Shown here piece by piece: positions 56,196 to 64,000 of a stretch of DNA of 64,000 nt. The notes below the pieces were generated by a model that was not told the origin of the DNA, searched no databases, and saw only the letters and a program-made list of their open reading frames with translations. Each line of letters starts with the position of its first letter. Position 1 is the first letter of the stretch. The DNA comes from Takakia lepidozioides. Taxonomy: Eukaryota; Plantae; Bryophyta. The position numbers were made by a program, and so were the translations under genes. The stretch lies in NCBI GenBank assembly GCA_030704615.1, contig CM060731.1, forward strand, positions 248,001-312,000. Direction: 5' to 3'.

Positions 56196-59100
56196 TTTAA
56201 TTGTCGCAGAATGAGCAGTGTGCGAGCGGTTGGGGAGTGAAGGCATGACTAAGGGTGGAGGGTAGGAAGGGAATGTAGTCCATTGTATTTAACGGCCATA
56301 TGTTGAGAAAGCCCCCGGAATATGCATCATAGGCGACCTGGGTCGTTTAGGGCTTCTTGAATTTGCGATCCTGGGGTTCGTGCATAGGAGATAATTAAGG
56401 GGCTGGATCCTATGCCATAACTCTCTTGTGGGAGCTGGGTGAGTGCGTTCGGAGTACTAGTGGGTAGGCCGCAGATGCGTTTAGTGAGTTGGATGATATT
56501 TTTGTCAAGTAGTCTAATATCAGGCAAGGAGAAGGGAGCCGCATGAAAAGCATATTGGACTTGAGGTTTGAGGACTTTTTGGATGATGGCTAGTTTTGGA
56601 CGGATGGAGATGGGAGATTTAAGAAGGGCTAGGCTTTTGTTGGTAAGTTTAGCGAGTGTGGAGACTTTCTGTATGTGCCATGTAAGGGAGGGAACTAGCT
56701 GGATCCCCATATAGGTGTACGGTTCATCTGGTCCCAGAAATGGGAAGGGTTTTTGTTGGTAGTGTATGTGAAGTTTGCAGTGGGAGGTTATCGTGGATTT
56801 CGTAAATTTGCTGTGGTGTGTGGCTGCGGTGACTGCACATTTGTGGAGGCTTAGCTCCATACGGGACCATGAATTAAAACGAGATAATTTATCGACTTGG
56901 CGGTTGAGATGTTGAGGCTTGTGTGCTAGGATAGCGAGGTCGTCAGCATATGTTGCCGCTGATATTTCATTAGTAGATGTTTTGTATCGGTACCCAAGAT
57001 TACCCCTGGTCAACCATCTTAGAAGAGGTTCTAAGAAAATGATGAATAGGTAGGGGCTCAGTGTGTCTCTTTGGATAATGCCACGTAGAACAGGGATAGG
57101 GGGAGTGGAGCCGTAATAGGATTCGGAGTATTCTGTGGTGCTGTTGGTGTATATATTGCTGATGATTTGGATAGCATCGGTAGGGTAGCCTAGATCTGTC
57201 ATTACAGCTAGCAGGCGGGGGTGGTCTAGAGAGCCAAAGGCATTTTTGAAGTCAATATAAAGGAGAGATAGATATCTTGTTTGGTAAGTTTTGCGTCTTC
57301 CAGGGCTGATAGGACATAATGTATTTGCCTGGTAGTGCTTCGCGTAGTGCAAAAGCCCTCTTGTGGGTCGCTTAGGATACGATGTTGTTCCCCATAAGAG
57401 GATAACATTGATGTTAAAGTGCTAGTGAATAGTTTGTAAATAGTGTTTGCAAGGGCTATGGGTCTGTAGTTATTGAGGTCGGTGGGGTCACCTTTTTTAA
57501 ATAGCAGGATGGTCCGACTGTGTTTCCAGGAGTGTGGTATACGATGTATTTGGTAGCAGAGTCGAAAAAATTTAAACAGGAGCTCATGGAACTGTGGGTC
57601 GAGTGCTTGAAGTATGGCATTGGGAATGAGGTCTGGGCCGGGGGCCTTGGCTTTGGAGAGGGTTTTTAGGCATGAGTCATATAGATCTTTGGTGAATGAG
57701 CTCAGAATGCGGTCTGAGGGAAGGCTCCTCTTTTCTAAGGAAAAGCCATCTAAGTCATGCCAAGGGTAGTGTTTGACTTTGCATAAGCAATTGAGTGTGT
57801 GTAGGTTGGGGTATAGATAGTTAGTGACGGTTGGCTTGTAGGAGGACAATGCCTGGAGCCAGATTTCATTTTTAATGTCATATGGTTTTGTTAATAAGTG
57901 GCCTAATCTGTGTTTTAAGACAGTCAATAGGGGGGTTAGTTGCGGGATTGAAGATAGCTTTGTGGGCTCTTTTGGGGTGCTCGTGTAATAATTTGCTAAA
58001 AGAAGCAACAAATTCTTTGTGATTGGTAGTGGCTTTGTGTTTGGTGATGGTATAGGCCGCTTTTTTGGCGTCTCGGCCCAATTTGGATAGGGAGGCGATC
58101 CACCGGGGGAGAGAGGCAGGGTCACCGGGCGGGGGCATAAGTGAGTGGCATACAGTTAAGGTACTTAAGCTGGTTATGCGACGATCGGATCTCCAGTCGT
58201 TCTGTGGGAGGGACGAGGCGGAGGGTATGATAGCGAGAGCTCGGCAGGGGGTGTGATATATATTAAGGTGGGAGGTCCATTCCCATTTTTGTTCTGGTGA
58301 GGGTAGCCATCGTTTGCTTTGAGCGGGTGGTTGGGGAAGGTCTTGGGGGGGGGGGGGGGGGGAGGAGGGCAGAACGTGGCAATAACACACTTGTAGTCCA
58401 TTCTAGTAATGTAGAGGTGAGTATGCCCTCAACTTGAGCCCAAGCAGCCTCAGGGGATAGGCGTACGTTGGTATCGGAGAGTGTGGGGGTATTTCTGGAG
58501 GAGGCTGAGTGGAAATGATGTTGGAACGCCTTGATGTTGTTGTGGGGAATAGGAGATAGAATTCTGGGTTGAGGAGATGGGATATGCATGTCCGGGATGG
58601 GCCGGAATGGGACAAGGGAAGAGGGGAGGGAGATAGAGACCGGGTAGTGATCCGAGTTGCATAGGCTATTGATATGGACATGGCTCTGGAGGTAAGTTGG
58701 GATGTCATTACAGGTTCTGAGATAGAAGCCATCGAGTAGGCTTAAAGAGGAGTAGTGGAGACCGCCTTGTCTAGAGTAGTGATAGTCGGCAGGAATGTAT
58801 TTAAGTTTTAGAAGTTGGGTGAATGCAGCCCATTCGTGGTCCACCGAGGAGGGGGACTTATGGGTTCCGTTGTATGAGTGACCTGATAGTGCAATATCTC
58901 TGTTGAAGTCACCGACGCGTATGACATGGTGTTGCTGATAATCGGGATGAGTGACTGTGCTGGAGATGGTGTATAGAATGTCCGGTATAAGGGGGAGATC
59001 ATCTGTATGAGAGGGCATATATAGGTGTATAAGGGTAATGGGGTATAAGGCTGGTGGGTGTAGTTGAACTATTTGGAGATGTGAGTGGATGGGGATGGGG

Positions 59101-60399
59101 ACGGTTATCTTGGTAGTAGTGATGGGAGAGTGTGAGAGCGAAGGATCCCGAGTACTACGCCTCCCCGGGTGGGCTTGTATGGGGCGGATCGCCGCAGAAG
59201 GCAATAAGGTGCTGTGTAGGGGTTGCCATATAATAGATGATAGTCCGGTAGTAGTTTATTAATATAAGAGCTGCTGGTGTTGGTGGTGTGTGGCTTAGTT
59301 TCTTGTAGGAGGAAGATGTGTGGTTGTGAAGTGTTGGAGAAATCCAGAGGCAATGCAGCTTTTGAAGGATTTACGTTTGGAGACTCTGATGCGCAAAGAT
59401 TGGACTTGGCACCACAAAGAACTGATGATTTAGTTCATTCGAAACTTTGATACGAGCACAAGAAGCACTCATGTGAAGGGGGTTGATATACAGATCACAC
59501 CACAGTACCTGCAGCAAGTTTTTGACTTGCCAAAGGGGGCGGTGAATGTCGACGAACTAGCAGCTTGGTAATCTTTTCAATGAAACGAGCTTTTTCAAGA
59601 ATCAAGGGTATCCGTGTTTGAGGGCAGAATATCCAGGGCTGAGGGAGGTAGGCCAAATACTGAACGTTCTGTTTGCTATGAAACAGAACCAGATGTATCT
59701 GAGCAAAATTGATCTTGAACGCCTTGAAGGGAGAGGATGTAGCATGGGCGAACATGATGCATAAAGGCCTAGTTGAAGAGATGAACCGGCTTCAGACAAC
59801 AACAGCCAAAGGAGAGCTCCTATTCTGTCAGTTACCAACGCAATTCCATCAGTGACGAAGATCAATGAAGGTGAACAAGAACATTTCAATCTGCCCAACG
59901 AACCTGCCCGGAAAAATTAAATTTTAGAGTTTGAAATTGAATACAAGATCAGATTCCAAAAAGCGAAAAGTGCCTTATACAAGGACAAAAGAGCCACCTT
60001 CGTTCAACTTAGGTCCAATTTTTTTCTTTTTTTTCACCAACATCCTTGGATATTTCCATAGGGTAAAATTCCTAATTAAATTCACCTTCACGGTCAGTTA
60101 CAAACCAGGGAAGCAACACCTCGTAGTCTCGCATGATTAAAATGGCTCAAAAACATGCAAAATTCTTCTACATTCGTGCATAATTCTTCCACGTTAGAAG
60201 TCCATATCTCATGTTGGTTTACCTTTATATTCTCCCACTCAGCCTCCACCTTTGGCAATGAAAGGTGGCGTGTCAATACAATCCCGTGTCATTTTTCATT
60301 ATTGTTTCTCACAAAATCCAAGCATATAATTATGGGCAGCCCAAGGAAAAATAGTATATTGCCACGTGGCCGCCGTTTCCGCATCCACGTCACACTGAT

Positions 60400-61666
60400 G
60401 GCGGATGACTGATGGCAGATAGCTGACAGAATAGCAAATCCCCAGCCAAAGCTCCAATTATTGTTGCAACTCCTATAATTGCGCAGATAATAAATGACTC
60501 TTGCTTACTCACGGTGCAAGAGCGCAAAGACATGGGTGTGTTTGAGCAAGAATCTACAATGAATGAGGCACCGGGATCCTCACAAGGCGAAGGGGGACTG
60601 GAGCGACAGTCCAAAACGAAGAGGCAGAAGAGGGGTGACACAGTAGGGACGGCGCATCATGTGAATCCACTGGCAGTGAAGCCAGCTGTGTAGGATGATA
60701 TCTCCACAGCTCCTACACAAGATGAGGTGCAACAACAGCAAGGGTGAATCATGTGAATCATGAAGTTCAACTTCAAGGGATAGAGACACAGCTCAGGAAG
60801 AAAGCCAATCTGTGTGCAGAGACTAAAGCTAAGGTCATTCATCATAATGAGCTAATTACTAGCATGAAGGACACCATCAGTCGCCAGGAAGTCTCCCTCA
60901 AAGAGTTGAGGCTCTACAAGGAAAAGGCAAACCAGAACATGTTGCACTTGCAACAGGATAATGTTATATACAAGCATACACTTTCAGTGGCTGAGAAGGG
61001 GAGGAAGGAAGCCAATAATATGATGGCTGCATGTGCAGCCTTGAAAGACCCCTATCACCAATGCATACAAAGGTTGGAGCAACAGATGGAGGCATACAAA
61101 CTATAGGAGGAGCAAGCTATCGGGGATTCTACAGAGAAATTGGTAGATGATCATCTCCTAAAGGTGTGGTTAGAGGAGGGACCGGTGGAAGGTAAGGCAC
61201 CTAGAAAATTAACTAAGGATGAGATGCAAGATCTCAGACAACAGGTGCAGAGTATTGCCACAGGCACCTTAAATGATGTCTATGGTCAGATAGCTGAGTT
61301 GCAAGAGGAGGTGATGGTCTTCAGACTCAAGTGGAGGACTTGAGTTTAGCCATTGACAAGAGGGAATTTGTTCCTAAGGAACAGTTACTAGCCACATATC
61401 TGCAGGCCAAGTCTTTTGTTCTTCAATTTCCAGTGGAAGGGGGACAGGCCTTACCAGCACAAGGAGGGAGTGCATCGAGTTCACAGCAGCCACAGGCAGA
61501 TAGACAACCTCCACCTGATCCCAAAACAGGCCAATCTGCTCCGGCGAGCAGACAGGAATCCCCACCAGCCAAGGGAAAAGCTCAGGCTCATACACAGAGC
61601 CCTCATAAGGACTCTCATAAGCATAAGGGTATCCGTTCACAGAGGTTTGCTGATCCTAAGCAATAA
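60400..61666 (+). pseudogene. Degenerate coiled-coil extra ORF of the gypsy element, just before the PPT
   Basis: ORF pieces 60744-61106 and 61140-61343 share a frame (split by a TAG); 61331-61666 follows after a frameshift. Heptad-rich, then Q/P/S-rich. Confidence 0.55.
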
Positions 61667-61704
61667 ACCGTGAAGACACGACTTTTTGAGAGGGGAGGGG
61701 ATAA

Positions 61705-62391
61705 TGTTACAGGGCTGTTTAGGACTTAAACGATTTATGGGTTCTGTGGGGTACCCTTAATTTTGCGCAAACATGGCTCTACTGCCATGTACAGACACAT
61801 GCCCGCACAGGTCTTACAAGGTAGCAGTCACAGCCGGACACAGCCTGTCACAGCCCGACACAGCCTGACATAACCCGTCACAGCTGACACACAGGTCACA
61901 ACCCGACACAGCCCGTCATAGCGCCACACAGGTCACAACTCGACACAGGACACAAGGTGTTGTTATCACAGGAGGGAATGGGAACACGGGAACGTCACCA
62001 TCATAGGGAACGACAATACAATACGTACTGTCTTGGATGACAGTTAGTTAGTTAGTTAAACGGTTAGAACACCTTGCGGGTAGATTATGCAGAGTAGCTA
62101 CAGTGAGGGGATCACTTCTTGGCGCATGGACTTGGAGTACACGGAAGCGAGTATGCAGAGGAGGAGGGAGACGACGGAGAGAGCTTGATACATGCAAGCT
62201 GTAGAGATTTTGCTGTAGGGTAGATTAGACACAGCCTGACATATGATAGTTTTTAATACGATTCCTACTTCATACTCACACTGTGTAGAGAGACCTGAGT
62301 GAAGCTGTGGAATGTATGCTTAAGTTGTAAAGATGGAACTCGGTAGATTGTAGAAACAATCTGATACTTAATCCTAGGCAGTAAGGTAACA
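61705..62391 (+). repeat. 3' LTR of the host gypsy element (687 bp)
   Basis: TGTTAC...GTAACA termini just after PPT GAGAGGGGAGGGGA; internal GACACAGCC-type repeats at 61825-61955. Confidence 0.78.
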
Positions 62392-63835
62392 TACTAAACA
62401 TGAATGCAAGAAGGAATAGATATAGGAAAGCACCCCCATGATACACTAGATGTAGGTCATGACTAATTGTTCTGAGCGGGCTGAGTACTTGGGTCAAAAC
62501 ACCCCTTCCCAACTCTTCTTCATTCATATCCTTCCTAAAACATAATCCATCCTAGGTAAAGAACTATCTTTACAGTTTCTTCACATGACAAGAGAAACCC
62601 ATGTCCCCTTATTGGTGGCCTACATGTATCTGAAAAACATATCCCAACAGCATTGCATCACTATTTCTGCTTGTTCCAAGGAGACACAAGCACACACACA
62701 TACAATTACCTACTTCATTCCAAGATATACTAAATCTTCCTTCATACAGAACTCCAAGTGACAGACTTTTGCCTCACTTTCTCTCTACCACAGGTCTGGT
62801 ATGAATTCCAGATGTCTTCATTCCATTTTTCAAAGCCCTTTCTCCCTCAAGGTCATCCCCCAAAACATCTCTATCCGAAGTTCAGTCACAAGTATAAGAA
62901 GAATGAACTATCTCGCACTTAACTGATATATAGCCCAGTTGAAGTGGTGGGCCTGCTGCCCGAATTGGCTCCCTTCTTGGAAGCTGCTACCCTAGTGTCT
63001 GTTATCACTTGCATCCACCGGCGCTCTCCGAAACAAAGATCTTACTTGTAGATCGTTCTATTGCCGTAGTTTCCCATCCTACATTAATTCCTAAACTTAA
63101 GAGCTCGTCAAGACCTGACAGCTCTGCCCTTTTTTAACTGGCAGTGACACTCTGTCATTGCTAACAACTCATTTTCCCAAAATACCAGAGTCATTAACCA
63201 CATCCCTAAGATCCTTTCACCGCCTCTTGCACAGCCCTGCCTGAGTTATAAATCATCAAGCAGCGGCGGTGCTGCTATCCCTACTGGTAGCAGGCACAGT
63301 TCGCCAAGCTGCCCTATCTAACTAGCCATTATCTGCCTTCATTACTGCTAAGTCACACATACCCTAAGACAGAAGCAAGAAAGAAGCAGAATGGTCTCAA
63401 TTACCTACTATGCACAGCTCTGCCCTTTCTCGCTCTCGCAGCATCAGCAATGATCCCCTTCAAGGCCAATTTCTAGAGATCCAAAGTCACATGCCTCATC
63501 AAGCCAACGACGGCACCGCCCCCTTCATCTGTCAGCTGCACGGGTTACCAAGTTCATCTTTTTATCCCCTGCATTAGAACTAATACTCCTTGCTTCCAAG
63601 TAATTCGAGAAGATTGACAGTGCCCTAATTATCATTCCTGACGTGACATGGCGCTGACACGTTGGCCGTCACATTCGACGTGCGTCGCGTCACGTCGAAT
63701 CCGGACGTTGACCCATGTAATTTTTTTTTACATTTGACTTTTACGATTTACTTTTACCATTTGTAATGACATGGCAGCCACGGTGTAAAACAGACGTAGC
63801 CAATTATTAATATTTATTAATTCCTTTAAAAAATA

Positions 63836-64000
63836 CATCCGCCTATATTGGCGGTAGCATATAATTTATTATTTTTTAAATGAAGCGACCGCCCATATTG
63901 GCGGTCGCTTGTATTTTATTATATTTTAAAATAAGCGACCGCCTATATTGGCGGTCGGTTGAAGTTTATTATGTTTTAAATGAAGCGACCGTCCAGATTG
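63836..64000. repeat. Second array of AGCGACCGCC..TTGGCGGTCGCT palindromes, running off the window end
   Basis: Same motif family as 52890-53960. Confidence 0.85.

Larger units (their letters stand above)
39399..59342 (-). mobile_element. Dualen/RandI-type dual-endonuclease non-LTR retrotransposon, 5'-truncated; about 6.7 kb net after removing two insertions
   Basis: 11-bp TSD TCCAGAGGCAA (39388-39398, 59343-59353) and a (CTT)n 3' tail. APE 59342-58630 (LQETK, GDFN, LDGF, SDH). RT 57700-56700 (KAPGPD, NYRPIAL, IDFKNAF, YADD). RNase H 45830-45470 (YTDGS, RAEL, ADS, GNEEAN). CPLC..H..C finger and RHN. RLE 40040-39800 (PDI, IEFTYC, KRQKY, AGTRG). Confidence 0.9.
28508..62391 (+). mobile_element. 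Non-chromoviral Ty3/gypsy retrotransposon, 5'-truncated; host of the nested insertions
   Basis: RT-end/RNase H at 28508-29222 (LLGHIV, FLGQTSYYRRFI, HCDAS, NYSTTEREALA). Frame resumes after the CACTA (RVDD|QLPDASLF). Integrase 37100-38380 (GHF, GYWWP, CDEC, SDQG, YYPQGNGQAE). Extra ORFs follow, then PPT 61688-61701 and the 3' LTR. Confidence 0.88.

Noticed and set aside
59905-60400. AT-rich insertion in the gypsy extra ORF
   Set aside because: Probably a TE remnant, but no TIR pair or TSD could be defined.
62392-63640. Degenerate minus-strand coding sequence
   Set aside because: No long ORF or diagnostic motif visible.

Overview
This is eukaryotic nuclear DNA, most likely from a non-seed land plant; that inference rests on PLS-type PPR debris, spliceosomal introns and algal/bryophyte-type retroelement clades. 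The first 25 kb hold one intact 23-exon plant AAA-ATPase gene (6000-24419, 958 aa). Its introns 2 and 13 carry near-identical copies of an RTE-X-like LINE in inverted orientation. The rest is a nested transposon stack that can be peeled apart using target-site duplications (TSDs) and reading-frame continuity. A non-chromoviral Ty3/gypsy element (28508-62391) contains: (i) a 7.7-kb transposase-less Pack-CACTA with captured PPR, peroxisomal nucleotide carrier and NOC1/SWA2 exons; (ii) a tRNA-SINE; and (iii) a Dualen/RandI-type dual-endonuclease LINE (39399-59342, 11-bp TSD). The Dualen ORF reads APE-RT-chromodomain-like-PCIF1/CAPAM-like methyltransferase-RNase H-Zn finger-RLE. The Dualen is itself interrupted twice. 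One insert is a 4.7-kb TIR element with no ordinary TSD that carries an intron-containing gene for a bacterial-type N4-cytosine/N6-adenine DNA methyltransferase (SAM-binding half). The other is an 8.5-kb chromovirus/RING-ORF/hAT block with no TSD. The two transposon-borne methyltransferase-like modules are the best candidates for undescribed biology. All family assignments come from motif recognition by eye, not database searches.
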